The notes: generated by a model from the sequence alone, not told the origin. A DNA stretch of 64,000 bases from an uncultured Gemmatimonadaceae bacterium (GCA_964574295.1 CAZNLY010000002.1:39458-103457), one strand, 5' to 3'; positions 27,535 to 37,471 are shown, numbered from the stretch's first letter. A program made the numbers and translations.

Positions 27535-29310
27535 ATGCAGCTGGTGACGCTGGACTGGGTCGTCGTCCTCCTCTCGATCGTCGTCTCGTTCCTCCCCGCC
27601 GTCCTCCTCGCCCGCCGCGCCGGCTCCAGCACCGCCGAGTTCTTCACCTCGGGACGCGCCGCCCCCTGGTGGCTGATCGGCGTCTCGATGGTGGCCACCA
27701 CCTTCAGCACCGACACCCCGAACCTCGTCACCAACCTGGTCCGCGAGCACGGGGTGGCGAACAACTGGCAGTGGTGGTCGTTCCTGCTGACGGGGATGAT
27801 GACGGTGTTCTTCTATGCCCGGCTCTGGCGGCGCTCGGGCGTGCTGACCGACCTCGAGTTCTACGAGATCCGGTACGCCGGCGGCCCCGCGCGCGTGGTC
27901 CGCGCCTTCCGCGCGGTGTACCTCGGCCTCTTCTTCAACTGCGTCATCATGGGGACGGTCAACCTTGCCGCGGCCAAGATCGCCAACGTGATCCTCGGCT
28001 GGCCGATGTGGCAGACGCTGCTGGTGTGCGCGGCGCTCAACATCGCCTTCGCCGCCACCGCCGGCCTCTGGGGGGTGCTGGTCACCGACATGATCCAGTT
28101 CGGCATCGCGATGGCCGGCTCCTTCGCGGCGGCCTACTTTGCCCTGCAGCAGCCGGAGGTGGGCGGCCTCTCGGGACTGATGTCCCGGCTCGACCCCGCC
28201 ACGATTCGCCTCCTCCCGGACTTCTCCGATTGGTCCCTCGCGCTGCCGGTGCTGATCCTGCCGCTCACCGTGCAGTGGTGGAGCGCCTGGTACCCCGGCG
28301 CCGAGCCGGGCGGCGGGAGCTACATCGCCCAGCGGATGCTGGCCGCCCGCACCGAACGAGACGCCATGGCCGGGACGCTCTTCTTCAACGTGGCCCACTA
28401 CGCGCTCCGCTCCTGGCCCTGGATCCTGGTGGCCCTCTCGTCGCTGCTCGTCTATCCGCAACTGACCGACATCGCCGCCAGATTTCCCCACGTGGACCCG
28501 GCGCTCATCGGCCACGACATGGCCTACCCGGCGATGCTCAAGTTCCTCCCGGTCGGGTGGCTCGGGCTCATGGTGGCGGGGCTCCTGGCCGCCTACGTGT
28601 CCACCATGTCCACCCACCTCAACTGGGGCACCAGCTACCTGGTGCACGACCTCTACCGGCGCTTCTTCCGACCCGACGCCACCGAACGGCACTATGTGGC
28701 GGTCGGACGCGTGGTCACCGCGCTGCTGATGGTGGCTGCCGCGGCGGTGACGTACATCCTCGACTCGGCGCGCGAGAGCTTCCAGCTCCTCATCTCGATC
28801 GGCGCCGGCACCGGACTCCTCTACCTCCTCCGCTGGTTCTGGTGGCGGATCAACGCCTGGAGCGAGGTGGCGGCGATGGTCTCCTCGTTCCTGCTCGCGG
28901 CCGGCTTCCTCGTGGCCCAGAAGAACGGCGCCGCCACCGACGCCACCACGCAGCTCCTCGTCAGCGTCGGCATCACGACCCTCGTCTGGATCGGCGTCAC
29001 CCTCGTCACCGCGCCGACCGACCGCGGCACGCTGGTCGCCTTCTTCCGGCTGGTGCGGCCGGCCGGGCCCGGCTGGGCTCCGGTGCAGGCGGAAGCCGGT
29101 GTCGGCGGCTCTCCCGATTCCCTGCCCATGGCGCTCCTCGGATGGGTCCTCGGCTGCACCGCCGTCTATTCCGCCCTCTTCGGCGCCGGGAGCTTTCTCT
29201 TCGGCAACACCGGCCTCGGCACCGCGCTGACCGCCGCCTTCGCCATCTCCTCCTGGAGCCTGGCCCGCCTCCTCCGCGCCATGTGGGCCGGGGAGGGGCG
29301 CGCCGGGTGA
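27535..29310 (+). CDS. Sodium:solute symporter (SSF) family transporter
   Basis: About 13-14 TM segments and an SSF-type N-terminus (STAEFFTSGRAAPWWLIGVSMVATTFSTDTP). Confidence 0.9.
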   Translation: MQLVTLDWVVVLLSIVVSFLPAVLLARRAGSSTAEFFTSGRAAPWWLIGVSMVATTFSTDTPNLVTNLVREHGVANNWQWWSFLLTGMMTVFFYARLWRRSGVLTDLEFYEIRYAGGPARVVRAFRAVYLGLFFNCVIMGTVNLAAAKIANVILGWPMWQTLLVCAALNIAFAATAGLWGVLVTDMIQFGIAMAGSFAAAYFALQQPEVGGLSGLMSRLDPATIRLLPDFSDWSLALPVLILPLTVQWWSAWYPGAEPGGGSYIAQRMLAARTERDAMAGTLFFNVAHYALRSWPWILVALSSLLVYPQLTDIAARFPHVDPALIGHDMAYPAMLKFLPVGWLGLMVAGLLAAYVSTMSTHLNWGTSYLVHDLYRRFFRPDATERHYVAVGRVVTALLMVAAAAVTYILDSARESFQLLISIGAGTGLLYLLRWFWWRINAWSEVAAMVSSFLLAAGFLVAQKNGAATDATTQLLVSVGITTLVWIGVTLVTAPTDRGTLVAFFRLVRPAGPGWAPVQAEAGVGGSPDSLPMALLGWVLGCTAVYSALFGAGSFLFGNTGLGTALTAAFAISSWSLARLLRAMWAGEGRAG

Positions 29311-30116
29311 CGCGCGCCGTCATCCTGGCGCGGGGGCTCGGCCGCCGCATGCGCGAGGCCGACCCCGCCGTCGCCCTGGATGCGGCCCAGGAGGCGACCG
29401 CCTCCCGGGGGGTGAAGGGGATGCTCTCGGTCGGGCGCCCCTTCCTCGACTACCTCCTCTCCGCGCTCGCTGACGCCGGGTTCCGGCACGCCTGCCTCGT
29501 CGTCGGCCCCGAACATGACGGCGTGCGTCACCACTATGGCGCGCCGGGACGGCTCACCCGGCTCACCGTCTCCTTTGCCATCCAGCAGGAGCCCCTCGGC
29601 ACCGCTGACGCCGTGCTGGCCGCCGAGGCGTTCACCGCGGGCGAGCGCTTCCTCGTCTGCAACGCCGACAACTACTACCCGGTAAAGGTCCTGGCCGCGC
29701 TCCGGGCGCTGGACCGGCCGGCGCTCGCCGGATTCGAGCGCGGCGCGCTCGTCCGGGAGAGCAACATCCCGGCGGAGCGGGTGGCCCAGTTCGCCCTGCT
29801 GGCCACCACCCCCGACGGACACCTGGCGGAGATCGTCGAGAAGCCGGACGCCGCGGCGTTCGCGCGGCTGGGGCCCTCCGCCCGGGTCAGCATGAACGCC
29901 TGGGTGTTCGATGCCGCGATCTTCGAGGCCTGCCGCCGGATCGGGCCATCGGCGCGCGGAGAGCTCGAGATCCAGGACGCCGTGCGCTACGCCATGCAGC
30001 GCCTCGGCGTCCAGTTCCAGGTCCTTCCGGTGTCGGCGGGAGTCCTCGACCTCTCCCGCCGCGGCGATATCGAGGCCGTCACCGAGCGGCTCCGTGACGT
30101 GGAGGTGCGGCTCTGA
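29307..30116 (+). CDS. Sugar-phosphate nucleotidyltransferase family protein
   Basis: GTG start with a GTGA overlap on the symporter stop. N-terminal AVILARGLGRRM (variant of GxGxRM/L), EPLGTADAV, and a NADNYY segment. Confidence 0.8.
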   Translation: MTRAVILARGLGRRMREADPAVALDAAQEATASRGVKGMLSVGRPFLDYLLSALADAGFRHACLVVGPEHDGVRHHYGAPGRLTRLTVSFAIQQEPLGTADAVLAAEAFTAGERFLVCNADNYYPVKVLAALRALDRPALAGFERGALVRESNIPAERVAQFALLATTPDGHLAEIVEKPDAAAFARLGPSARVSMNAWVFDAAIFEACRRIGPSARGELEIQDAVRYAMQRLGVQFQVLPVSAGVLDLSRRGDIEAVTERLRDVEVRL

Positions 30117-30187
30117 GCCTCGCCGAACTGACGGACCGGATCCGGCAGGTCTTTCCCGGCGGCGAGGCCGGTACTGCGCTCTGGCAC

Positions 30188-31390
30188 GTGCCCGGCCGCA
30201 TCGAGCTGCTCGGCAAGCACACCGACTACGCCGGCGGGCGGAGCCTGCTGGCGGCGTGCGAGCGCGGTCTGGTCATCGGCATGCGCCCGCGGGACGACGC
30301 GGTCGTCACCTTCCTCGACGCCGGCACCCGCGCGGAGGCGCGTTTCGCGATGGACCCGGACCTGGTGCCGCTCACCGGCCGGTGGGCCGGCTACCCGATG
30401 ACGGTCGCGCGGCGGCTGGCGCGCAACTTCCCGAACGCACGCCGCGGCGCCGACCTCGTCCTGGCCAGCGACCTCCCGTCCGCCGCCGGCCTCAGCAGCT
30501 CCAGCGCACTGATCATCGCCACCTTCCTCGCCCTCGCCGATGCGAACGCGCTGAGCGACACTCCCGCGTGGCGGGAGCACCTGGCCACGCCGGAGTCGCT
30601 CGCCGGGTACCTCGGCTGCGTCGAGAACGGCCAGGACTTCGGCCCCCTGACCGGCGAGCTCGGCGTCGGCACCTTCGGCGGCAGCCAGGACCACACTGCC
30701 ATCCTCTGCTGCCACGCCGGGGCGCTGAGCCAGTATCGCTTTTGTCCCGTGACCTTCGAGGGGGAGGCGCCGTGGCCGGCGGGCCGGGCGCTGGTGGTCG
30801 GGGTGAGCGGCGTCCGCGCGCGAAAGACCGGCCCGGAGCGGGAGGCTTACAATCGTCTCTCCTTTGCCAGCCGGAGAATCCTGGAGCGGTGGCGTCAGCA
30901 TTCGGGCTCCTCCGCCCCGACGCTCGCCGCCGCCGTCGCCGAGGCGGGCGTCGAGGCGCTGGTCCGCGATCTTGAGGGGGCGCCGGCCCGCGCCGGCGAC
31001 CCGCCGGGCTACCTGGCCGGCCGGCTGCGGCAATTTGCCGCGGAGACGTTCGAGATCATCCCCGCCGCCAGCGCGGCGTTCGCCGCCGGAGACCTGGCCG
31101 AGTTCGGGCGCCAGGTCGATCGCTCGCAGCGCGGCGCGGAGGAATGGCTGGGCAACCAGGTTCCGGAGACGGTGGCGCTGGCGCGCCTGGCCCGGGAGTT
31201 GGGCGCGCACGCGGCGTCGGCGTTCGGGGCGGGATTCGGCGGGAGCGCCTGGGCGCTGGTGGATGCCGGGAGCGCCGGGGCGTTCCGGCGCGAGTGGATG
31301 GAGCGCTACCTGCGGGCCTTTCCCCGGACCGCGCGGCGGGCGGAGGCGTTCGTGACGCTGCCGGGGCCGCCCGCCCGACGGCTCGACTGA
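30188..31390 (+). CDS. GHMP (galactokinase-like) sugar kinase; the true start is probably upstream (CTG near 30113)
   Basis: Galactokinase signature GRIELLGKHTDYAGG and GHMP motif DLPSAAGLSSSSALIIA. The frame is open from 30098, and the upstream residues look like a genuine GalK N-terminus. Confidence 0.85.
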   Translation: MPGRIELLGKHTDYAGGRSLLAACERGLVIGMRPRDDAVVTFLDAGTRAEARFAMDPDLVPLTGRWAGYPMTVARRLARNFPNARRGADLVLASDLPSAAGLSSSSALIIATFLALADANALSDTPAWREHLATPESLAGYLGCVENGQDFGPLTGELGVGTFGGSQDHTAILCCHAGALSQYRFCPVTFEGEAPWPAGRALVVGVSGVRARKTGPEREAYNRLSFASRRILERWRQHSGSSAPTLAAAVAEAGVEALVRDLEGAPARAGDPPGYLAGRLRQFAAETFEIIPAASAAFAAGDLAEFGRQVDRSQRGAEEWLGNQVPETVALARLARELGAHAASAFGAGFGGSAWALVDAGSAGAFRREWMERYLRAFPRTARRAEAFVTLPGPPARRLD

Positions 31391-31397
31391 CGGTGCG

Positions 31398-32060
31398 CTA
31401 GGCGCCGCTCGCGGCGCGGAGGAGGCGCCGCACCTCCTCGGGGTCATCGGGCGTCCTGCTGTGGATTTCGGAGACCCCCGTCCGCCGCACCAGTTCGGCG
31501 GCGTGGTGCGCCCGAACGCCGCCGCCGGCCAGGATGCCGATCCGGCGGCCCGCTTGGCGAACTAGGGCGCCGATACGATCCGCCCCCTCGAGCGCCGTCC
31601 CCGATCCGCCGGCCGTCAGCACTCGAGTCACCCCGAGGGCAATCAGCTCGTCCAGTGCCTGCGCCGGATTGGGCACCTCGTCAAAGGCGCGGTGGAACGT
31701 GACAGGGGCGCCACGCGCCGCGCCCACCAGCGCCCTGGTCCCCTCGACGTCCACCGTGGCCGACTCGGTCAGGGCGCCGAGCACGAACCCCGCCGCTCCC
31801 GCCCGGGCCAGCTCGCGCATCCGCCCCGCCATCGCCGCCACGTCTCCCGGCCCGAGGACGAACGTGCCGGGGCGAGAGCGGACCATGACGAAGGCGGGAA
31901 TCCGGGTCCGCGCCACGATCTCGGAGACCAGCGACGCCGCCGGCGTGAGCCCGCCGACCTCGAGCGCCGCACAGACCTCGAGGCGCCCCGCCCCACCCCG
32001 CTCCGCCGCCAGGGCGTGGGGCACCGATTCGACGCAGGCTTCGAGGAGGACGCGGGGCAT
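31398..32060 (-). CDS. cutC: Copper homeostasis protein CutC family
   Basis: Starts at an internal ATG. MPRVLLEACVESVPHALAAERGGAGRLEVCAAL..GGLTP is typical of CutC TIM-barrel proteins. Confidence 0.85.
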   Translation of the reverse strand: MPRVLLEACVESVPHALAAERGGAGRLEVCAALEVGGLTPAASLVSEIVARTRIPAFVMVRSRPGTFVLGPGDVAAMAGRMRELARAGAAGFVLGALTESATVDVEGTRALVGAARGAPVTFHRAFDEVPNPAQALDELIALGVTRVLTAGGSGTALEGADRIGALVRQAGRRIGILAGGGVRAHHAAELVRRTGVSEIHSRTPDDPEEVRRLLRAASGA

Positions 32061-32185
32061 CGAGTGAAGATGGGCCGGCGCGCGCGCTCCCGGGAGGGCA
32101 CCCTTCCCCTCCCCTCCTCCGGCCTCCATCTTCCTTGGAGCGCCGGTGCCCCACCGGGCGCGGATTCACCCCCACGGAGGCCCCC

Positions 32186-32743
32186 ATGCTCAGCATGACC
32201 CTGCTGGCCCTCGCCGGCAGCCTGGCCATCTCTCCGGCCGACACCACCTTCAACAACGTGACCCTCCCCGGCACCGTCACCGTCGGCGGCCACACGCTCG
32301 TGCTCAACGGGGTGGCGCTGCGGAAAAAGGCGGTGTTCAAGGTGTACGTGGCAGGGCTCTACCTGTCCGCCAAGTCCACCGACGCCAACGCCGTCCTGGC
32401 CGCCGACGCCCCGCGCCGGATGGTGATGCAGTTCGTGCGCGACGTCGGGAAGGAGAAGATGTGCGAGGCCTGGGACGAGGCCCTCAAGAACAACACTCCG
32501 AACGCCTCCGACCAGCTCAAGACGGAGTTCCAGACGCTCTGCGGCTGGATGGAGGACATCAAGGACGGCCAACAGTTCGTCTTTACCTACATCCCGGGCA
32601 CCGGCACGGAGGTGCAGGTGGCGGGGGCCGTGAAGGGATCGATCGCCGGGAAGGATTTTGCCGATGCGCTCTTCAAGGCGTGGATCGGGCCGAAGCCGGG
32701 GCCGGGCGAGGGATTCAAGAAGAACCTGATGGGCACGAAATAG
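32186..32743 (+). CDS. Chalcone isomerase-like family protein (secreted)
   Basis: Internal ATG preceded by GGAGG. Signal peptide, then LVLNGVALRKKAVFKVYVAGLYL, a chalcone-isomerase-like motif. Confidence 0.8.
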   Translation: MLSMTLLALAGSLAISPADTTFNNVTLPGTVTVGGHTLVLNGVALRKKAVFKVYVAGLYLSAKSTDANAVLAADAPRRMVMQFVRDVGKEKMCEAWDEALKNNTPNASDQLKTEFQTLCGWMEDIKDGQQFVFTYIPGTGTEVQVAGAVKGSIAGKDFADALFKAWIGPKPGPGEGFKKNLMGTK

Positions 32744-32797
32744 CCCGCGGGGTTCCGCGGGCGTGGGCTCGGGCGGGCGTGCTTCGGTGCGTCCGCC

Positions 32798-35700
32798 CTA
32801 TTTCTTTTCCCCCGCCAGCGCCGTCATCCTCCCGCGCACCTCGGTCACCTCCGGCTGGAGTGAGGGGTCCGCGTCGCGCCAGAGCGCCACGAAGTCGCCG
32901 TAGTACTTGAGGGCGTTCTCGCGGTCCCCCTTCGCCTCGTACATCTCGCCGATCCGGCGGTAGGTCGGGCCGAGGGTCCAGCCCTCGTCCGACGCCCCGC
33001 CCCCCGGGGTGCGGAGGGTGACCGAGGCCACGTACCGCGTCAATGCGGAGTCCGGTTCCCCCGCACGCTCCCACGACCGACCGGCGTCCGTGAGGGTGCA
33101 GGCCGGGCACCGGGCGAGGCCGCGGAAGGTGTCGTAGGCGATCGCGGCGTCGCGCCAGCGCCCCTCCGCCTGGGCCTGCAGGGCGTTCCAGTAGACCGTG
33201 TCGGACACCGTGCGCTGCTCGGCGGGCCGCACACGGGTCCATTCCTCGCGCATCTGGCGCACCCGGTCGCCCCGCCCCGCCAGGGCGTAGGCGTACCCCA
33301 GCGACATGTAGGGCCGCTCCTCCGCCGGGAGGGCCGCGAGGGCACTGGCCGGAAGGAGCGAGTCGGCCGACCGGGCAAGGGCGTCGGGGTCATCAAACAA
33401 GAACGCGCGGTTCATTGCCGGCACCGCCCGGGCGAAGTAGGCCTGGCTCCCGGCGCCTGCGGCCGTGAGCGCGCTCGCCAAGTCGGCGGCGATGCGCTCG
33501 GACTCACTCACCCGGCCGAGGGCCACGGCAGCACCCATCCGCTCGTACTGCTGCTGGAGCCGGAGGGCCGGCGTGGTCGGAGCCGGCTGGCCCGGGTCCC
33601 GGAGCGCCGAATCCACCGCGTGGTAATCGCGGCGCAGGTACATCCCGGTCCGGCGCATGTCAGCGGGGCGCGGCGAGTCGGGCCATCGACGGCTGAACTC
33701 GGTGATGACCGAATCCGCTGGAACATCCTTCGCCTGGGCCAGCAGGTTCACGGCAAGATTGATGTACCCGCTCTGCATCGGGGTCGTGGCCACCAGGCGG
33801 CGCAGCAGCGGCTCGGCCTCGCCGTACCGACCCTGCGCGTTGAGCATGAGCCCCAGGTTGTTGAGCGCGGTCGGCTCGTCCGGGTTCTCGGCCAGGACCG
33901 CCCGATAGGCCGCTTCCTCCCGATCCGGGTCCCCGACGACGCTGCGGGCGTAGTACGCCTCCGTGAGTCCCCGCTCCACCGGAGGGAGCCGGTCGCGGTA
34001 CTGGTAGGCCCGCTTGGCGGCCTCGAGCGCCTCGGCCCCGGTCCCGACGGTGGCCTGCGGGAGCACCACGGCCAGCTTGCGCCAGGCCATGGCAAAGGTG
34101 CTGTCCACCGCCACGGACTTCCGGAGGAGGGTCACGGCCTGCTCCGGGTTCCCCGATTGGTGGGCCCGCGTGGCCTCGGTGTAGAGGCGGAGCGCCTCGA
34201 GCGACGAGGTGGTCACCGCCTCGAGGGCGTCGGATCCGCGGATGCGGCCCAGCGATTCGCCGACCTTCTCGCGCAGCTCCTTCGAGAGCTTGTCCACCGC
34301 GGCGATGATCTGCGACGCGTCACTCGCCGTGGCCCGGAGCGGGACGAGTGTCTCGCCGGTGGAGGCGTTGATGACCCGTGCGGCCAGGGAATAGCCCGAG
34401 CCGAGCGAGGTGATCTCCCCGGTGATGATCGCCTTGATTCCCTCGCGCCGGGCCAGTTCCGTCGCGGTCGCGAGGTCCACCCGGGCGTCGGCGGGGCGCC
34501 CCATCCGCACCAGCGCGGCCTGCAGGTCCGTGGCCTCCAGCAGGCGCATCACGTTCGACTGCCCGAGGTCGATCCGGAGCGCCTCGGTCACCGAGGCGCC
34601 GAGGGTCGAATCGCTCGTCTTGTTGTCGAAATCCACCAGGAGGATCCGGTCCTGGGCCTGGAGGACGCCGGCGCTCACCAGGGTGCGCCCCGGACCCACG
34701 CCGAGCGCGCGCGAGACGAGGAATCCGGCGCCGAGAAGCACCACGAGTCCGATCGCGAGCGCGCCACCGACCAGCGTGCGGCGCCAGGTGAAGAGCCCGT
34801 GGTGCGCCGGCTCCGCCTCGAAGCGGAGGGTGCCCGTGGCCCGGACCAGCGCCCGCCGCCGTTCCACCCGGCCGGTGTACGCAATGATCGGGAGCCCGGC
34901 CGCCATCGCCACCGCCGCCCCCTGCCAGATCCAGTCGGGCAGGTCGAGCAGCCGGGTCAGGGCATAGGCACTGCCAATGACCACGAGCGACGCCGCCGCG
35001 AAGAGCCCCAGCACCCGGGTGGGCGACGCCTTCCGCACCGCGGCATCCGCCTCGGCCCGCGCCTGGCTGACCGGCGTCGTCAGGACCGGCGTCAGCCCCC
35101 CCGTCGGCGTGGCCAGCGCGTCGAGCCGGGCCAGCACCTCCTCGGCGCTCTGCAGGCGGTCGGCGGGGTTCTTCTCGAGGCAGCCGAGCACCAGCTCGTT
35201 CATCGCCGGCGGGATGGAACTCCGGTAGCGCGTGGGCGGCTCGGGGCGCTCGGTGATGTGCGCCGCCAGCATCCCCTGCGGCGTGGGCGACACGAACGGC
35301 GTCCGGCCGCAGAGCATCTCGTAGGCCATGGCGCCGACGGCGTAGATGTCCGCGCGGTGGTCCACCCGCGGATCGGCGGCGGCCTGCTCCGGCGACATGT
35401 AGGCGGGGGTGCCGAGTGCGATGCCGAGCGAGGTCAGGCTGGTGTGGCCGCCGCCGCTCGAGGCGCTCACCGCCTTGGCCACGCCGAAGTCGGTGACCAG
35501 CGCGTGCTTGCCGGCCAGCATCACGTTGTCGGGCTTGATGTCCCGGTGCACCACGCCGTGCTGGTGCGAATAGGCGAGGGCATCCACCACGTCGTGCAGG
35601 ATCCGCTGCACCTCGCCCATCGGGAGCGCCCCCTCCCGGGCCAGGCGCGCACGCAACGACTCGCCCTCGATGAATGGCATGACGTAGTAGGCCAGGTCGG

Positions 35701-35953
35701 CGTTGGCCCCGGCGGTGAGCAGCTGGACGATGTGGGGGTGCTGGAGCGAGGCGGCGAGCTGGATCTCCCGCTCGAACCGCTCGGCGTTGACGCCGGCGGC
35801 CATGTCGGGCGGCAGGACCTTGATCACCACCCGGCGGCCGAGGCGGGTCTCCTCCGCCAGGAAGACGCGGCTCATCCCGCCGCCGCCCAACTCCCGGAGG
35901 ATGCGGTAATGGGCGCCGAGGGCCGCATGCAGGCGGTCCAGCAGTTCGGCCAT
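32798..35953 (-). CDS. Ser/Thr protein kinase with TM segments and a large extracytoplasmic TolB-N-like/TPR region
   Basis: Starts at an internal ATG (MAELLDRLHAALGAHYRILRELGGGGMSRVF). VIKVL Lys, HRDIKPDNVML, VTDFGVAK and GTPAYMSPEQ motifs. Three hydrophobic segments, followed by many TPR-like repeats. Confidence 0.9.
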   Translation of the reverse strand: MAELLDRLHAALGAHYRILRELGGGGMSRVFLAEETRLGRRVVIKVLPPDMAAGVNAERFEREIQLAASLQHPHIVQLLTAGANADLAYYVMPFIEGESLRARLAREGALPMGEVQRILHDVVDALAYSHQHGVVHRDIKPDNVMLAGKHALVTDFGVAKAVSASSGGGHTSLTSLGIALGTPAYMSPEQAAADPRVDHRADIYAVGAMAYEMLCGRTPFVSPTPQGMLAAHITERPEPPTRYRSSIPPAMNELVLGCLEKNPADRLQSAEEVLARLDALATPTGGLTPVLTTPVSQARAEADAAVRKASPTRVLGLFAAASLVVIGSAYALTRLLDLPDWIWQGAAVAMAAGLPIIAYTGRVERRRALVRATGTLRFEAEPAHHGLFTWRRTLVGGALAIGLVVLLGAGFLVSRALGVGPGRTLVSAGVLQAQDRILLVDFDNKTSDSTLGASVTEALRIDLGQSNVMRLLEATDLQAALVRMGRPADARVDLATATELARREGIKAIITGEITSLGSGYSLAARVINASTGETLVPLRATASDASQIIAAVDKLSKELREKVGESLGRIRGSDALEAVTTSSLEALRLYTEATRAHQSGNPEQAVTLLRKSVAVDSTFAMAWRKLAVVLPQATVGTGAEALEAAKRAYQYRDRLPPVERGLTEAYYARSVVGDPDREEAAYRAVLAENPDEPTALNNLGLMLNAQGRYGEAEPLLRRLVATTPMQSGYINLAVNLLAQAKDVPADSVITEFSRRWPDSPRPADMRRTGMYLRRDYHAVDSALRDPGQPAPTTPALRLQQQYERMGAAVALGRVSESERIAADLASALTAAGAGSQAYFARAVPAMNRAFLFDDPDALARSADSLLPASALAALPAEERPYMSLGYAYALAGRGDRVRQMREEWTRVRPAEQRTVSDTVYWNALQAQAEGRWRDAAIAYDTFRGLARCPACTLTDAGRSWERAGEPDSALTRYVASVTLRTPGGGASDEGWTLGPTYRRIGEMYEAKGDRENALKYYGDFVALWRDADPSLQPEVTEVRGRMTALAGEKK

Positions 35954-36086
35954 GCACTCTCCGGTGGGGGGAGGAACTGCGCTAATAATGCCCCCGGACG
36001 GCGTGGGATGGAAGGAAGCGCCGACGGGAACCGGCGCCTTGCGCGGCGCGCCGGAATCGGGGAACTTGGGCGCCACCCTTCGACCC

Positions 36087-36953
36087 ATGACCGATCCCGC
36101 CGCCGGCGCCCAGCGCCCCACTCGCAAGGACGTGGACATCTTCGGGATGTGCCATGTCGGCCTGGTTCGCACCCAGAACCAGGATCATTTCCTCGTGGCC
36201 ACCCTCCACAAGGCGATGCAGATCCACCAGACTACCCTCCCCCACGACGGCCTCGGCTCGCTGGTGAGCGGGGCGCGGGGGTATGTCTTCCTCGTGGCCG
36301 ACGGCGTCGGCAGCACCCCGTGGGGCGAGGAGGCCAGCGGATCGGCCCTCCGTGCCATCGCGGACTACGTCATCCACGGCATGGACGCCGACGCGCGCCC
36401 CGACCCCGACCAGGACCACCGGATGGTCGAGCGCCTCCGCCGCTCGGTCGAGCGTGGACACCAGGCCATCCGGGAGGCGGGCGAGGCCGAGGGGAAACGC
36501 GGCATGGCCACCACGCTCACGATGGTCACCATCTACTGGCCCCGCGCCTACGTCGTCCACGTCGGCGACAGCCGGGGATACCGGCTTCGCCGGGGCGAGC
36601 TCACCCAGGTGACCCACGACCAGACGATGGCGCAGGCGATGGTGGACGCCGGCGCCCTCCGCCCGGAGGTGGCCGAGCAGAGCCGGCTCAAGCATGTCCT
36701 CTGGAGCGCCCTCGGCGGGCGGGAGGCCCTGCCGCAGGTCACGACGCTGGACGCCGAGTGGGAGGATGTCATGCTCCTCTGCACCGACGGGCTGACCAAG
36801 CACGTCTCCGACGACGAGATTCGCACCCAGCTGCTGCAGCCCGTGAGCGCGGAGGAAAGCTGCCGCGCGCTGGTGGACCTGGCCCTCTCCCGCGGAGGGA
36901 GCGACAACGTCACCGTGGTCATCGGGCGGCTCCGCGGCCCGAGGCCCGCCTGA
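36087..36953 (+). CDS. PP2C family Ser/Thr phosphatase
   Basis: Starts at an internal ATG. Motifs VRTQNQDHF, LVADGVGS, HVGDSRGY, LCTDGLTKHV and GGSDNVTVVI. Divergent from the kinase gene. Confidence 0.9.
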   Translation: MTDPAAGAQRPTRKDVDIFGMCHVGLVRTQNQDHFLVATLHKAMQIHQTTLPHDGLGSLVSGARGYVFLVADGVGSTPWGEEASGSALRAIADYVIHGMDADARPDPDQDHRMVERLRRSVERGHQAIREAGEAEGKRGMATTLTMVTIYWPRAYVVHVGDSRGYRLRRGELTQVTHDQTMAQAMVDAGALRPEVAEQSRLKHVLWSALGGREALPQVTTLDAEWEDVMLLCTDGLTKHVSDDEIRTQLLQPVSAEESCRALVDLALSRGGSDNVTVVIGRLRGPRPA

Positions 36954-36973
36954 ACCCGAATCCGAGCGTTCCC

Positions 36974-37420
36974 ATGCGCCGCATTCCCCTCGCCACCGCA
37001 GTGCTGCTCCTTGCCGCCGTGTCCCTCGAGGCTCAGGGTGCGCCGTCCAGCGCCCCGCCCCCGCATGCACGGCTGGATTCCGCCTCCGCGCTCGCGGCCG
37101 GCCGGCGCTACACGGAGTGGTTCTACAACGGCCTCGGCGACAGCCTGATCGCCCACAGCTCCGCGGCCGTCCGGGAAAAGATCACCGCCCAGCAGCTCGA
37201 GGACTTCAATGCCCAGCTCGTGGGACAGGTCGGGATGGAAGCCGAGGTGCTCGCCGAGCACATCGAGGCGAGCGACTCGCTCACCGGCTACCTCCGAGTG
37301 GCGCGCTTCGAGATGATGGAGGAGCCGCTGGTCGTCGCCTTCACCCTCGACTCCAGCGCCACGATCTACGGCTTCTTCATCCGCCCCAAGAGCGCCGTCC
37401 CGCCCGAGGACCTCCAGTAG
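36974..37420 (+). CDS. Hypothetical secreted protein (DUF3887-like, tentative)
   Basis: This is the last 148 codons of the 1266-aa track ORF. Signal peptide MRRIPLATAVLLLAAVSLEAQG and good GC3 bias. Confidence 0.6.
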   Translation: MRRIPLATAVLLLAAVSLEAQGAPSSAPPPHARLDSASALAAGRRYTEWFYNGLGDSLIAHSSAAVREKITAQQLEDFNAQLVGQVGMEAEVLAEHIEASDSLTGYLRVARFEMMEEPLVVAFTLDSSATIYGFFIRPKSAVPPEDLQ

Positions 37421-37439
37421 CCGGCGCCCACCGAACGAC

Positions 37440-37471
37440 ACGGGGGCGGACCTTCACAGGCCCGCCCCCGT
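37440..37471. terminator. GC-rich hairpin between convergent genes
   Basis: ACGGGGGCGG-N12-CCGCCCCCGT. Confidence 0.5.

Noticed and set aside
33620-37420. A 1266-aa uninterrupted plus-strand ORF, the longest in the track.
   Set aside because: Most of it is antisense to the well-supported Ser/Thr kinase gene and out of frame with the PP2C gene. Its translation is Arg/Gly/Pro-rich with no motifs. Only its last 148 codons (36974-37420) look like a real gene. Long stop-free shadow frames are expected in very GC-rich DNA.
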